64,000 nucleotides of DNA from Candidatus Magasanikiibacteriota bacterium (GCA_041666265.1 JBAYHH010000002.1:9096-73095); one strand, 5' to 3'; positions 10,704 through 20,503 are shown, numbered from the stretch's first letter. Translations and numbers: made by a program. Notes: generated from the sequence alone by a model not told the origin.

Positions 10704-11849
10704 TTAAAGCTTCTCTGCTAATATTTTCCACTGCTCGACCGACAACTCCTGCGCTCGGACGGTGTTTTTTAGCCCCATTTCGTCAAAAACTTTGGCTAAT
10801 TCCGATTTTTTGGCGAGTGATGACAAGTTTTTTATCAAAAATTTACGACGATTGGCAAAACCGAGGCGAGCGATATCGAAAAAGCGTTTGGTGAACGCGA
10901 CAGATTCTTCGACTCCGCCCCGCCAGTCGGCGGGGCTGCGCTCAGAATGACAGGTGGGATCAATTGCCGGCTCACCGCCACTTGTCATCCCGAACGAATG
11001 TGAGGGATCTTCGTTGGTTTTACTTGTTGTTGGAGATTCTTCGCTTTGCCTGCCTGTCGGTAAGCAAGGCTCAGAATGACAGACATGGCCGATCACCGAA
11101 TCACTATTTTTTATATTTGATTTTTTATATTTGATTTTTATAATCGCGCTATCCACTTTTGGCTCGGGCCAAAAATTATCTCGGGTCACGACTGCCACTA
11201 TCTCTGGCTCGCCGTAATATTGCACAGCCAAAGATAATAGCGACATATCGCCCGGTCGCGCGCAAATTCTTTCGGCCACTTCTTTTTGCACCATCACGGT
11301 CATCGTCTCGGGCGGATTATTTGATTCTAAAAATTTACGAAGGACTTGAGATGTTATCTGGTATGGTAAATTCGCGATAACCTTATATTTTGTTTGGGGC
11401 GAGAATATTTCTTGTGAGCGGGTTATGCGACCGCAGTCGCATCCTTTCGCGCTCGCGCGCGAAAAAAGCGAACAAGATGTATTCTCGCCCCAATCAAAAT
11501 TCGCATGCAAAACATTCCCCCAGATAATTTGTAAATTTTTTATCGGAGCCAATCCCTCGCTTTGATCAGACTGACAAAATCGAGCCCAATATTTTTGTAA
11601 TTTTTTTTCAATCTCAAACGCGACCACTTGACCGGCGGTTTCGGCGAGCGCAAATGTCAGTACGCCAAACCCGGGTCCAACCTCGACCACGGTATCATTT
11701 TTTGTCACCCCCGCGGCCGCGATCATTTGATCGATCACTTCCGGGTTGATCAAATAATTCTGCCCATATTGACGGCTTGGGCGCAATCCGGCCTGCTGGC
11801 ATAAGTGTAATAAATAGTCGGGATTGAATAGCTTTTCGCGCATACTCAT
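10704..11849 (-). CDS. rsmA: 16S rRNA m6,2A dimethyltransferase RsmA/KsgA with several repeat-derived insertions
   Basis: GQNYL, VEVGPGFG, ANLPY, MVQKEVAERI, FWPEPKVDS motifs; 381 aa, about 100 aa longer than usual. Confidence 0.95.
   Translation of the reverse strand: MSMREKLFNPDYLLHLCQQAGLRPSRQYGQNYLINPEVIDQMIAAAGVTKNDTVVEVGPGFGVLTFALAETAGQVVAFEIEKKLQKYWARFCQSDQSEGLAPIKNLQIIWGNVLHANFDWGENTSCSLFSRASAKGCDCGRITRSQEIFSPQTKYKVIANLPYQITSQVLRKFLESNNPPETMTVMVQKEVAERICARPGDMSLLSLAVQYYGEPEIVAVVTRDNFWPEPKVDSAIIKIKYKKSNIKNSDSVIGHVCHSEPCLPTGRQSEESPTTSKTNEDPSHSFGMTSGGEPAIDPTCHSERSPADWRGGVEESVAFTKRFFDIARLGFANRRKFLIKNLSSLAKKSELAKVFDEMGLKNTVRAQELSVEQWKILAEKL
10902..11081. repeat. In-frame REP-like insertions in rsmA (solo 10902-10952; pair 10983-11081)
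   Basis: Encode [33 protein letters not shown] and CHSERSPADWRGGVEES. Confidence 0.9.
11394..11493. repeat. Multi-stem palindromic element (GAGCGGGTTATG family), copy 1, in frame in rsmA
   Basis: Outer IR TTGGGGCGAGAATA/TATTCTCGCCCCAA around the core shared with 16361-16470 and 29547-29720. Confidence 0.85.
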
Positions 11850-11867
11850 ATAATAAATATCGGAGAC

Positions 11868-11968
11868 AAAATTACAAATATAAAATTACAAATTCCAAAT
11901 AAACCTCGCCTACCGGCAGGCAGGTAATAAATAACAAATTCAAAAAGCGACTTGAGATTTGTGATTTT
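11868..11968. repeat. AT-rich 7-bp-period repeat with nested CCTACCGGCAGGCAGG module
   Basis: AAATTAC/AAATTCC/AAATAAC units interrupted by a GC hairpin at ~11905-11923. Confidence 0.65.
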
Positions 11969-11982
11969 AAGAATGACAGTTG

Positions 11983-13128
11983 TCATTGAGCTAAACCGAC
12001 ATCGCTATAAACATTGCGCGCGTTCCACAGTATCCACCCATCGGCACGGGCGTCATCGCTCGCCCGAATTTGCGCGCTGATCTTGTCGCTATCATAGATC
12101 GCCCCCATATTAAACGCCTGCACCCAGGCGCGCAGACGCGCTTTTTGACCACTCGCCTGCTTCACTCCCGCGCTCATGGCGCTATACACCACTTCATAGG
12201 GGTGGTCGGCCGGATTTTTAAAATTTAAATAATTCGCGGGGTAGTGCGACGGATATACCATCGGGCACACATAATCAAAAAATTTCACCGCGTCTCCGAG
12301 GCGCTGGCCGATGCGCATATCGTCTTCGCCGTATTTTTCCGTGGTCAGGCCAAATAAATCCGCCGAAAGATACACGGGTTGATCTTTCATCTGCTCGGAA
12401 AAATATTTAAAAAAGTCCGCGATCACTTCGTAGCGTTGGCGCCCGCCGAGCTCATACAAAATATCGCTCATGTTGCCGTCAGTGGGAAAACGAATATAGT
12501 CGAGATTGATCTCGTCAAAACCAAGCTTAGCCGCCTCCTTCGCGATCGATACGATATAATCCCAAATTTCCGGACGAGCGGCGTTGACCCAAGCCAAATT
12601 ATTTTTATCGCGCCATGACTTGGTCGGATCGGATTTTGATTTGATCGCCCACTCCGGTTTTTTTTCCGCCAAAATCGGATCTTGAAAAGAGCTAACGCGA
12701 GCGATGGTGTAAATATTATGGCTTTTCAATTTCGCGATCAAGGCGCGCATATTTTTTACGCGCGTGTCTTTAAGTTTATTTTTTATCACAAACGGCAATT
12801 GCGAATCATACAAAACATAACCGGAATAATCTTTGATGTCGATAACGATGGAATTGAGTTCGGTGCGCTCGATGAGGCCGATGATCTCGTCGATTTTTTT
12901 GAGGTTGCCGGCGGAATAAGCGGTGAGATAGAGTCCTTTCACTTTTATCGGCGCGTGCTTGGCGCGTGCTTGGTTTTGACCAAGCGAATTTTCGGTAAAC
13001 GCCGTCATGGTACTTAGATCGTCGATTTGAGCGACTGAAATCTCGGATAGCGAGACCACAAAAACACACGCAAAAATCGCCGTGGACACAAATACTATCC
13101 AGATGGTTTTTTGGTCGATGCCGGACAT
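11983..13128 (-). CDS. Putative glycoside hydrolase (DUF4015-like TIM barrel), membrane anchored
   Basis: KGLYLT, NSIVIDIKD, GFDEINLDYIRFP, PMVYPSHY motifs; start MSGIDQ 9 nt after TTGTCA-17-TATAAT. Confidence 0.8.
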   Translation of the reverse strand: MSGIDQKTIWIVFVSTAIFACVFVVSLSEISVAQIDDLSTMTAFTENSLGQNQARAKHAPIKVKGLYLTAYSAGNLKKIDEIIGLIERTELNSIVIDIKDYSGYVLYDSQLPFVIKNKLKDTRVKNMRALIAKLKSHNIYTIARVSSFQDPILAEKKPEWAIKSKSDPTKSWRDKNNLAWVNAARPEIWDYIVSIAKEAAKLGFDEINLDYIRFPTDGNMSDILYELGGRQRYEVIADFFKYFSEQMKDQPVYLSADLFGLTTEKYGEDDMRIGQRLGDAVKFFDYVCPMVYPSHYPANYLNFKNPADHPYEVVYSAMSAGVKQASGQKARLRAWVQAFNMGAIYDSDKISAQIRASDDARADGWILWNARNVYSDVGLAQ

Positions 13129-13159
13129 AGCTTGTGTATTATACTGTGGATAAACCATC

Positions 13160-13188
13160 TTGACAATCACCACAAAATGTTGTAGTAT
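13160..13188 (+). promoter_or_regulatory. Sigma70-type promoter TTGACA-17-TAGTAT, divergent from the DUF4015 gene promoter
   Basis: Near-consensus boxes with 17-nt spacing. Confidence 0.6.
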
Positions 13189-13241
13189 TAAAGTAATGGT
13201 AGGTTTAGCTGTAAAGAACATTTACGCTCCGAACTCCAAAG

Positions 13242-13267
13242 CTCCCGCAAGGGAGTTTTTGGTTTTT
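13242..13267 (+). terminator. Intrinsic terminator CTCCC-GCAA-GGGAG-TTTTT
   Basis: GC stem, GNRA loop, U tract. Confidence 0.7.
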
Positions 13268-13304
13268 ATATTGTGTGATATAATTATTGCGCTGTCACCG
13301 AGAC

Positions 13305-13376
13305 GGGCCGAGTGTAAGTGGTTCTTACAGCCGGACCTACCATTCCTGCTTTGGGGTTCGATTCCCCCTCGGTCCA
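13305..13376 (+). tRNA. Non-canonical tRNA-like RNA (8/4 fold, 8-nt anticodon loop, identity undetermined)
   Basis: GGGCCGAG/CTCGGTCC acceptor stem, GTAAG-TGGTT-CTTAC D arm, GGGG-TTCGATT-CCCC T arm; TGnTATAAT upstream (13276-13284) and terminator downstream. Confidence 0.6.
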
Positions 13377-13387
13377 CGGCATCCATG

Positions 13388-13417
13388 CCCACCCTTACCC
13401 GGTGGGTTTTGGTTTTT
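13388..13417 (+). terminator. Intrinsic terminator after the tRNA-like gene
   Basis: CCCACC...GGTGGG stem followed by TTTTGGTTTTT. Confidence 0.6.
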
Positions 13418-16229
13418 AAAGTACGCGTTTAAGGTAGTGGCCGGTCGAGCTCACGGATTTTTTGGACACCTCCTCGGGCGTGCCGATGGCGATGATTTCT
13501 CCGCCCTTATCCCCGCCTTCGGGACCGAGATCGATGATCCAATCACAAGATTTGATCACATCGAGATTATGTTCAATCACCAGCACTGTATTACCTCGAT
13601 CCACCAGTCGCTGTAAAACCACAAGTAATTTTTTGACATCTTCGTAATGCAATCCGGTCGTGGGTTCGTCGAGCAGATACAAAGTTTTGGTCGTGCCATA
13701 GCGAGCAAGCTCGCGCGAAAGTTTGATCCGCTGAGCCTCGCCGCCCGATAGGGTCGGCGCGCTTTGACCCAAAGTCAAATAATCCAAACCGACCTCATTT
13801 AATATTTTTAATTTGTCGTAAATCATCGGGATGTCGCGAAAAAAATCTTCGGCGTCGGCAATCGTCATCTCCAAAATATCGGCGATTGATTTACCATTGT
13901 AATGCACAGCCAGAGTTTCGTTGGTAAATCGTTTGCCTTTGCACACATCGCAAACAATTTGCACGCTTGGTAAAAAATGCATCTCGATTTCGAGCGTGCC
14001 TTTGCCTTCGCAATTTTCGCATCTGCCCCCGGGCACATTGAAACTAAATCGACTATGACTAAACCCGCGCATGCGCGCTTCGGCGGTCGAGGCGAACAAA
14101 TCGCGGATATGATCAAAAGCCTTGGTATAAGTGGCGGGATTACTACGACTGGTGCGTCCGATCGCGCCCTGATCGATCGTGATGACGCCATCGAGATATT
14201 CCGTGCCGGTGACGCTGTGACATTTAACTTCTTTATCGGTGCGAAAAAGTTTGTTGATTACCGCTTGGCGCAAAACATCGTTCATGAGGGTGGACTTGCC
14301 CGAACCGGACACGCCGGTGAGACAAACAAAACGGCGCAAAGGAATCTCCACGGAAATATTTTTTAAATTATGTTCAAACGCTTTTTTGATTTTTAATTTG
14401 GGGGTCGAACTGCCGACATCGCGCCGTCGAAGCGGGAGCTCGATTTTCTTTTCTCCCCGGAGATATTGACCGGTGAGCGATTTTTTCGCGTCGCCGATAA
14501 TTGCTGTCCCAAAATTGTCATTCTGAGCGGAGTGAAACGAAGTCGAAAGCCTGCCCTGAGCGACAGTCGAATGGGAATCTATTCGCTTTTTGACGCCCTT
14601 GGATCCTTCGACTCGGCCTTGGGCCTCGTTCAGGATGACATTAACCGGACCGCTATAGACGATCTCACCGCCGTGTTTGCCGGCGCCGGGACCAATATCC
14701 ACCATCCAATCACTCTCGCGAATCGTATCTTCGTCGTGCTCCACCACGATGATAGTATTGCCGGCCTCGCACAGCGCGCGCAGAGTTTTGACGAGCTGAT
14801 CATTGTCGCGCTGATGAAGCCCGATCGTGGGCTCGTCGAGCACATACAGAGCGCCCACGAGTTTGGTGCCGACTTGCGACGCGAGCCGAATGCGTTGAGC
14901 TTCGCCGCCAGACAAAGTGCCGGCGCGCCGATTGAGGGTGAGATAATGCAGTCCCACATCATACATAAATTGCAGACGATTTTGGATTTCTTTTAGTACC
15001 ATGCCGGATATTTCCAATTCGCGCGGATCCATGTCCAATTCCGCCTGCGCGAAAAATTCGCGCGCCTCGGCGATCGACAAATTGGCCACTTCCCAAATAT
15101 TTTTTTGATGAATTTTTACCGCGAGCGCGTTGGTATTGAGGCGTTTGCCGGCGCACTGCGGACAGATTTCCGTGCTAAATAATTCTTTGGTGCCGAGACC
15201 GGTACAGGCCTCGCAATATCCATACGGACTATTAAATGAAAACAGGCGCGGTTCGATTTCAGGAAAAGAAAAACCGTCGTTCGGACACGAATACTGGGTG
15301 GAAAAAATCTGCTCATGGCCATCGGGATAAATCACGGCGCACAAACCATTGGACAAGTCGACCGCCGTTTCCACCGCTTCGGCGAGACGCTGGCTCACTT
15401 TATCTGTCATCCCGAACGAATGTGAGGGATCTCCACTCGTTCGTTTTTTGTGTCTTGGAGATTCTTCGCTTCGCCTGCCTGCCGGCAGGCAAGGCTCAGA
15501 ATGACAATCGTCATACGAAATTTTATCCACCACCACCTCAATCGTATGCTTATTATTTTTTTCCAAATCTATGCGCTCGCGTAAACTTTTTATTTTGCCA
15601 TCGACGCGCACTTCCAGAAATCCGCTATTGTAAAAATCGTAAAGCATCTGATAATATTCGCCTTTCCGACCACGCACCACGGGCGATAATATCGTCAACT
15701 CACCAACATTGTCATTCTGAGCGGAGCGAAGCGGAGTCGAAGAATCTATTCGCTTTCCATTGTTTTTAGATCCTTCGATTCGGCCCGCCGATTGGCGGGC
15801 CTCGCTCAGGATGACAGCGCTCATTTCATCGACAGTCATTTTTTCTATTCGGTGTCCGCACTGGGGACAATGAGGCACGCCCACGCGCGCGTATAATACG
15901 CGCAAATAATCATAAATCTCGGTGATGGTAGCGACGGTCGAGCGCGGATTGCCGGAGTGCGCTTTTTGATCAATGGAAATCGCCGGCGACAAACCCTCGA
16001 TCTCATCGACATCGGGTTTTTGCATACCACCCAAAAATTGACGGGCGTAAGCGGAAAGAGATTCAATATATCGACGCTGGCCCTCGGCAAAAATAGTATC
16101 AAAAGCCAAACTCGATTTTCCCGAGCCTGACAACCCCGTGAATACCACCATTTTGTTGCGTGGTATTTCCAGGTTAATATTTTTTAAATTGTGCTCGCGC
16201 GCGCCTTTGATGATTATCTTGTCTTTCAT
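13416..16229 (-). CDS. uvrA: Excinuclease ABC subunit A, paralog 1 (no insertion domain; three REP-derived inserts)
   Basis: GAREHNLKN, two Walker A motifs ([18 protein letters not shown]), LSGGEAQRI x2, Zn fingers; start MKDK at 16229. Confidence 0.97.
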   Translation of the reverse strand: MKDKIIIKGAREHNLKNINLEIPRNKMVVFTGLSGSGKSSLAFDTIFAEGQRRYIESLSAYARQFLGGMQKPDVDEIEGLSPAISIDQKAHSGNPRSTVATITEIYDYLRVLYARVGVPHCPQCGHRIEKMTVDEMSAVILSEARQSAGRIEGSKNNGKRIDSSTPLRSAQNDNVGELTILSPVVRGRKGEYYQMLYDFYNSGFLEVRVDGKIKSLRERIDLEKNNKHTIEVVVDKISYDDCHSEPCLPAGRRSEESPRHKKRTSGDPSHSFGMTDKVSQRLAEAVETAVDLSNGLCAVIYPDGHEQIFSTQYSCPNDGFSFPEIEPRLFSFNSPYGYCEACTGLGTKELFSTEICPQCAGKRLNTNALAVKIHQKNIWEVANLSIAEAREFFAQAELDMDPRELEISGMVLKEIQNRLQFMYDVGLHYLTLNRRAGTLSGGEAQRIRLASQVGTKLVGALYVLDEPTIGLHQRDNDQLVKTLRALCEAGNTIIVVEHDEDTIRESDWMVDIGPGAGKHGGEIVYSGPVNVILNEAQGRVEGSKGVKKRIDSHSTVAQGRLSTSFHSAQNDNFGTAIIGDAKKSLTGQYLRGEKKIELPLRRRDVGSSTPKLKIKKAFEHNLKNISVEIPLRRFVCLTGVSGSGKSTLMNDVLRQAVINKLFRTDKEVKCHSVTGTEYLDGVITIDQGAIGRTSRSNPATYTKAFDHIRDLFASTAEARMRGFSHSRFSFNVPGGRCENCEGKGTLEIEMHFLPSVQIVCDVCKGKRFTNETLAVHYNGKSIADILEMTIADAEDFFRDIPMIYDKLKILNEVGLDYLTLGQSAPTLSGGEAQRIKLSRELARYGTTKTLYLLDEPTTGLHYEDVKKLLVVLQRLVDRGNTVLVIEHNLDVIKSCDWIIDLGPEGGDKGGEIIAIGTPEEVSKKSVSSTGHYLKRVL
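14516..14640. repeat. In-frame REP-like pair in uvrA
   Basis: TGTCATTCTGAGCG...CAGGATGACA; peptide [13 protein letters not shown]...FHSAQND. Confidence 0.9.
15405..15506. repeat. In-frame REP-like pair in uvrA, near-identical to rsmA 10983-11081
   Basis: Peptide [34 protein letters not shown]. Confidence 0.9.
15710..15816. repeat. In-frame REP-like pair in uvrA
   Basis: Peptide [16 protein letters not shown]...PLRSAQND. Confidence 0.9.
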
Positions 16230-16360
16230 ATTTGTTTTGAAACGCCAAATCGGCCCGAAAATCGAACCGCCTAAAACACTACCATGAAAAGAGCGTGGGT
16301 ATAATACCAAATCAGTATGAGATTGTCAACAATTTATCACAACCATCATATTTAACGACA

Positions 16361-16470
16361 AAAATAATTTACGACAATTTGTCTCTTGAGCGGGTTATGA
16401 CGCCGAAGCGTCATCCCCGAGACCTCGCGGTCGAGGAAAGCGAAAGAGATAAATTGTCGTAAATTATTTT
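16361..16470. repeat. Multi-stem palindromic element (GAGCGGGTTATG family), copy 2, overlapping the uvrB stop
   Basis: 27-bp near-perfect outer IR enclosing the GAGCGGGTT-hairpin-CC-hairpin-AAAGCGA core. Confidence 0.85.
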
Positions 16471-18509
16471 TGTCGCTTTAGCACCACCACTTCATCGCGC
16501 AGTATCGCCGCCAGCTCAAACTGCAAATCTTTGGCCGCCGCGCGCATTTGTTTTTCTTTGTCTTTGATAATTTCGCTAAGCGGTCGATCATCGGCTCGAA
16601 TTTCCAAATCTAAGATCGCTTGCGCCCGCGCCTCGGCGGTTTTGTTTTTCAGTCCTTTGACTTTGGAACCGGTCAAACCAAATTCTTCCAAAATATTTTT
16701 GATGGTTTTTTCAATCGTTTTGGGAGTAATGCCGTGGGTTTGATTATATGACAGTTGAATAGCGCGCCGGCGATCGGTCTCGGCGACGGCCCGCTCGATC
16801 GAACCGGTGATCTTGTCCGCGTAAATCACCACTTGACCATTGACATTGCGCGCGGCCCGGCCGATGGTCTGAATGAGCGAGGTGGTATTGCGCAAAAATC
16901 CTTCTTTATCGCCGTCCAAAATCGCGACCAGCGAAACCTCGGGCAAATCCAATCCCTCACGCAATAAATTCACGCCCACGATCACATCGATCTCGCCTCG
17001 GCGCAATGAAGTAATGATTTCAATACGCTCTAAAGTATCAATATCGCTATGCAGGTATTTAGTTTTTATTTTGCGCGCGCGCAAATATTCGTCCAAATCT
17101 TCGGCCATTTTTTTGGTGAGCGTCGTCACCAACACGCGTTCTTTTATCTTGACTCGCTCTTCGATGCGAATAATTAGATCTGCGATTTGCGATTGTTTGC
17201 CGATAACCGGCCGAATAATCACCGCCGGATCCACGAGCCCGGTCGGTCGGACGATTTGCTCTACCACCTGATCGCTCGCAGCGAGCTCAAAGTCATCGGG
17301 TGTGGCCGAAGTATAGATACACTGTCCCACTCGCTCTTCAAATTCGGCAAAATTCAAAGGGCGATTATCACGCGCGCTCGGCAATCGAAATCCATGCTCG
17401 ATAAGCACATCCTTGCGCGCTCGGTCGCCGGCGTACATACCGCGAATTTGCGGGATGGTCACATGCGATTCGTCGATCATGGTGAGAAAGTCTCTTTTGT
17501 CGGAGGAAAAATTGCCTTTTTGATCGATAGAATGCGCCAGGTAATCGAGCAAGGTGTAGGCCGGCTCGCCCTGACTGCGCCCATCGAAATAGCGCGAATA
17601 ATTTTCGATCCCGCTGCAAAAGCCGGTATTTTTTATCATCTCCATGTCATAGCGCGTGCGTCGTTTAAGGCGTTCGTATTCGAGTACCTTGCCGGCATCT
17701 TCGAACTCTTGGAGGCGCTCATCCAAATCACGATAAATATCATTAAACGCTTTTTCAGTCTCGCTTTTGGAAGCGGCGTAATGTTTAGCCGGAAACAGCC
17801 AAATTATTTCTTCTTGATTTTTCACGGCTCTCGTCACCGCGTCCAATTTTTCAATGCGATCGATTTGATCGCTGACCTCGACGCGATAAATCACCTCTTC
17901 CCCGACCGGCATCACTTCAAACACTTGACCGCGCAAGCGAAATTTTCCGCGAGTTAGATCGCTATTGGTACGCTCAAATTGCATATCGATAAGCGCAGCC
18001 GTGAGACCGACGCGATCAAATTTTTGTCCGCGCGCGATTTGGAATACTTTGTTTAAATATTCTTGAGGTGATCCGAGATTGTAAATCGCCGATACCGACG
18101 CCACGATGATCACATCACTGCGTGTGAGCAGCGCCTGGGTGCAAGCGTGGCGCAAGCGATCGATTTCTTGGTTGATCATCGCCTCTTTTTCAATATAAGT
18201 GTCGCTCGCCGGCAAGTAAGCCTCGGGTTGATAATAATCATAATACGACACAAAATACTCCACCGCGTTATCGGGAAAAAATTCACGAAACTCATTACAC
18301 AATTGAGCGGCCAAAGTTTTGTTGTGCGCGATCACGAGTGTTGGCATTTGCGCTTGCGCGATCACATTCGCCATGGTAAAAGTCTTGCCCGAACCGGTGA
18401 CGCCAAGCAGTGTCTGGCGGCGCATTTTTTTTCTCAAACCAAAAACCAGTTTCTCAATGGCTTGGGGTTGATCGCCGGCCGGCTGATAGGTGGAATGCAA
18501 TTTAAACAC
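16464..18509 (-). CDS. uvrB: Excinuclease ABC subunit B
   Basis: PAGDQPQAI, GVTGSGKT, YYDYYQPEAY, DESH, LREGLDLPEV, GRAARN; probable GTG start at 18509. Confidence 0.97.
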   Translation of the reverse strand: MFKLHSTYQPAGDQPQAIEKLVFGLRKKMRRQTLLGVTGSGKTFTMANVIAQAQMPTLVIAHNKTLAAQLCNEFREFFPDNAVEYFVSYYDYYQPEAYLPASDTYIEKEAMINQEIDRLRHACTQALLTRSDVIIVASVSAIYNLGSPQEYLNKVFQIARGQKFDRVGLTAALIDMQFERTNSDLTRGKFRLRGQVFEVMPVGEEVIYRVEVSDQIDRIEKLDAVTRAVKNQEEIIWLFPAKHYAASKSETEKAFNDIYRDLDERLQEFEDAGKVLEYERLKRRTRYDMEMIKNTGFCSGIENYSRYFDGRSQGEPAYTLLDYLAHSIDQKGNFSSDKRDFLTMIDESHVTIPQIRGMYAGDRARKDVLIEHGFRLPSARDNRPLNFAEFEERVGQCIYTSATPDDFELAASDQVVEQIVRPTGLVDPAVIIRPVIGKQSQIADLIIRIEERVKIKERVLVTTLTKKMAEDLDEYLRARKIKTKYLHSDIDTLERIEIITSLRRGEIDVIVGVNLLREGLDLPEVSLVAILDGDKEGFLRNTTSLIQTIGRAARNVNGQVVIYADKITGSIERAVAETDRRRAIQLSYNQTHGITPKTIEKTIKNILEEFGLTGSKVKGLKNKTAEARAQAILDLEIRADDRPLSEIIKDKEKQMRAAAKDLQFELAAILRDEVVVLKRQK

Positions 18510-18511
18510 AA

Positions 18512-19438
18512 TTATTTCAAATTTAAAGCAATAATTTTTTCTAACCAAATTTTTTGATAATACTCGCGGCGATCGTTTTCGTGTAATTTGATCACACTGC
18601 TATCGATCACGACAGATTGATCACGGCGCTCGGACGCGTTTTTTAATGATAGTTTAAATTTTTGCCACTGAAGCGCGCGCGCTTGTTTTTCAACCATGGC
18701 ACCATATACACCGCCCCACATTTTTTCCCAGATCGCTTTCCAAATTTTACCCCAGCGCGTCTCGCCTACCGCGGGTGTGAAATTATTCACAAAAGCATGG
18801 GGCAATAATTTTTCGACCCAGCTATTGGCGCCGATCAGTGATTCGTAGTATCGACTCGGATCATATAATGGAGACAAATTAAAAAGCCAATAGGCCAGGT
18901 AAATATCCGGCTCGGAAATTCGCAATGACGCTAAATTTAATTTTTTTTGATCCAGATAAAACGAGAGGCAAATTCGCCCGGCGCTATGTCCGCCATAAGT
19001 GCGCAGTCGAAATAATCGCAAAATCAAATTCGTGAATAAGCGCGCGATCCAGATCCTCCCCGTAGCGGTAATAATAAAAAAGTCGATGTCGCTATCGGCC
19101 GACGCTTGGCCGAAACCCACGCTATTGCAGATATAAATCGACCGCACGAATGGCACCGAGCGAATCAGTTTGGCCGCCCTGATCGCGATGGGCATTTTTT
19201 GCTCGCTTTGGCGATTGGCTTCGAGCCGCAGCGCTATCGTTTCACTGCGCCCGGGTAAAAAGTAATAACTATCTTTGGTTTCGATTTTTTTATCCGCTGT
19301 CAATTTTTCGATATTTTTTTTAAAAACCTCGTCATTTATCACTTTCATCGACCACAAAAATCGCTTAAGTTCATCGAACTTAAGCGGGTAATTAAAAATG
19401 TCGAAATACGCCAAAGTTTTTATGATCGCGCTTTCCAT
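18512..19438 (-). CDS. CPR conserved nucleotidyltransferase-fold protein
   Basis: NSVGFGQASADSDIDFFII resembles the Pol-beta NTase motif; N-terminal TLAYFDIFNYPL. Confidence 0.7.
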   Translation of the reverse strand: MESAIIKTLAYFDIFNYPLKFDELKRFLWSMKVINDEVFKKNIEKLTADKKIETKDSYYFLPGRSETIALRLEANRQSEQKMPIAIRAAKLIRSVPFVRSIYICNSVGFGQASADSDIDFFIITATGRIWIARLFTNLILRLFRLRTYGGHSAGRICLSFYLDQKKLNLASLRISEPDIYLAYWLFNLSPLYDPSRYYESLIGANSWVEKLLPHAFVNNFTPAVGETRWGKIWKAIWEKMWGGVYGAMVEKQARALQWQKFKLSLKNASERRDQSVVIDSSVIKLHENDRREYYQKIWLEKIIALNLK

Positions 19439-19443
19439 AATAA

Positions 19444-19713
19444 TTAAACCGCTGTTTGGCTGATAGAAATATTTTTTAACAACGGATTTGATTCGCGTAG
19501 CACCGCGTCATCCACCACCATTTTTTCATTACTAATTAAAATAACTTGGCTTGAGCCGATTACTAACTTTTTGCCGACCAAGCGCCTTCCCACGATGTAT
19601 TGACGCGCGCTATGATTTTCGATATCAAAAATCACATCCAGCACCATACCCAGCTTGACATTGGACGCCGTGACCACCGGCAAAGAAAGAATTTTTTTGA
19701 CCGGCATAAACAT
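19444..19713 (-). CDS. PRC-barrel domain protein
   Basis: LPVVT..KLGMVLDVIFD pattern; 89 aa; in operon context. Confidence 0.7.
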   Translation of the reverse strand: MFMPVKKILSLPVVTASNVKLGMVLDVIFDIENHSARQYIVGRRLVGKKLVIGSSQVILISNEKMVVDDAVLRESNPLLKNISISQTAV

Positions 19714-19728
19714 ATATTTGGAAGTTAA

Positions 19729-20487
19729 TTATTTTACCACTTCGCCTTCGATTATGTTTTTAGAAGATGGCTTATTTTTTCGGAACAACCAAACCTGTTG
19801 CGCGCCCATGAGCACTGTGCTCACAAACCAATAAAGAGTGAGGCCGGAAGGCAAACTAAGACCGATAAGCACAGTCATCGCCGGCATCATATAGGTCATT
19901 TGTTTGTTCATCATCGCCATCATGCTCTCGTCTTTAGATCCGGTGCCGGCATTCGCCGGAGGTCTCTGGCTCACTGTCATGCGCGCTTGCCAATATTGAG
20001 CGGCGCCAGCCATCACAGCCAAAGTCCAGTTGGCCTTCAGCATGTTAAAATGTCCGAATGAAATCGGATTGATAACGCCCGGGCTCGCTACAAAAGAGTA
20101 TAATTGCTCAGTCAAATTATGCGAAGCTAAACCATCGCGCAATACCATATAGAGCGCGATCAAAATCGGCAACTGGATGATCAAAGGCAAGCAGGAAGCA
20201 AACGGATTAACTTTGTTATTTTTGTACAATTCCATCAGCGCCTGTGATTGTTTTTGCTGATCACCCGCGTATTGTTTTTTGATCTCATCCATCTTGGGCT
20301 GGAGCTCTTGGAGAGATTTTTGCGCTTTGATCGCGGCGTTGGTCAAGGGATACACGAGCACTCGGATGAGCACTGTCATCGCGATGATCACGAGACCGAC
20401 ATCATGGCCCGGAATGAAATTATACAAAGCGACAAAAATATTAAAGATCGGCTGATAGAGCGCTGCATTAAAAATTTGAGAAAACAT
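19729..20487 (-). CDS. yidC: Membrane protein insertase YidC/Oxa1
   Basis: LQPKMDEIKKQY, MELYK..VNPFASCLP, PSGLTLYW. Confidence 0.95.
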   Translation of the reverse strand: MFSQIFNAALYQPIFNIFVALYNFIPGHDVGLVIIAMTVLIRVLVYPLTNAAIKAQKSLQELQPKMDEIKKQYAGDQQKQSQALMELYKNNKVNPFASCLPLIIQLPILIALYMVLRDGLASHNLTEQLYSFVASPGVINPISFGHFNMLKANWTLAVMAGAAQYWQARMTVSQRPPANAGTGSKDESMMAMMNKQMTYMMPAMTVLIGLSLPSGLTLYWFVSTVLMGAQQVWLFRKNKPSSKNIIEGEVVK

Positions 20488-20503
20488 AATTTATTATTGA
20501 TGG

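Noticed and set aside
11416-11450. Resemblance of GAGC..TATGCG..TCGCA to group II intron domain V
   Set aside because: There is no catalytic bulge or domain VI, the 16388 copy diverges from the pattern, and no intron body or RT is present.
10704-11849. Treating the in-gene inserts as inteins, introns or signs of pseudogenes
   Set aside because: They are too short, lack intein or splice motifs, keep the frame, and leave catalytic motifs intact. RNA-level removal is not excluded without transcript data.
13305-13376. Calling the odd tRNA a pyrrolysine or amber suppressor tRNA
   Set aside because: CTA is not centred in a 7-nt loop after a U33, and no pyl genes are in the window.
17187-17957. 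Long antisense ORFs (e.g. 17187-17957, 32905-33483, 45340-45933, 49971-50741)
   Set aside because: Shadows of well-supported genes on the opposite strand, with no recognisable motifs.
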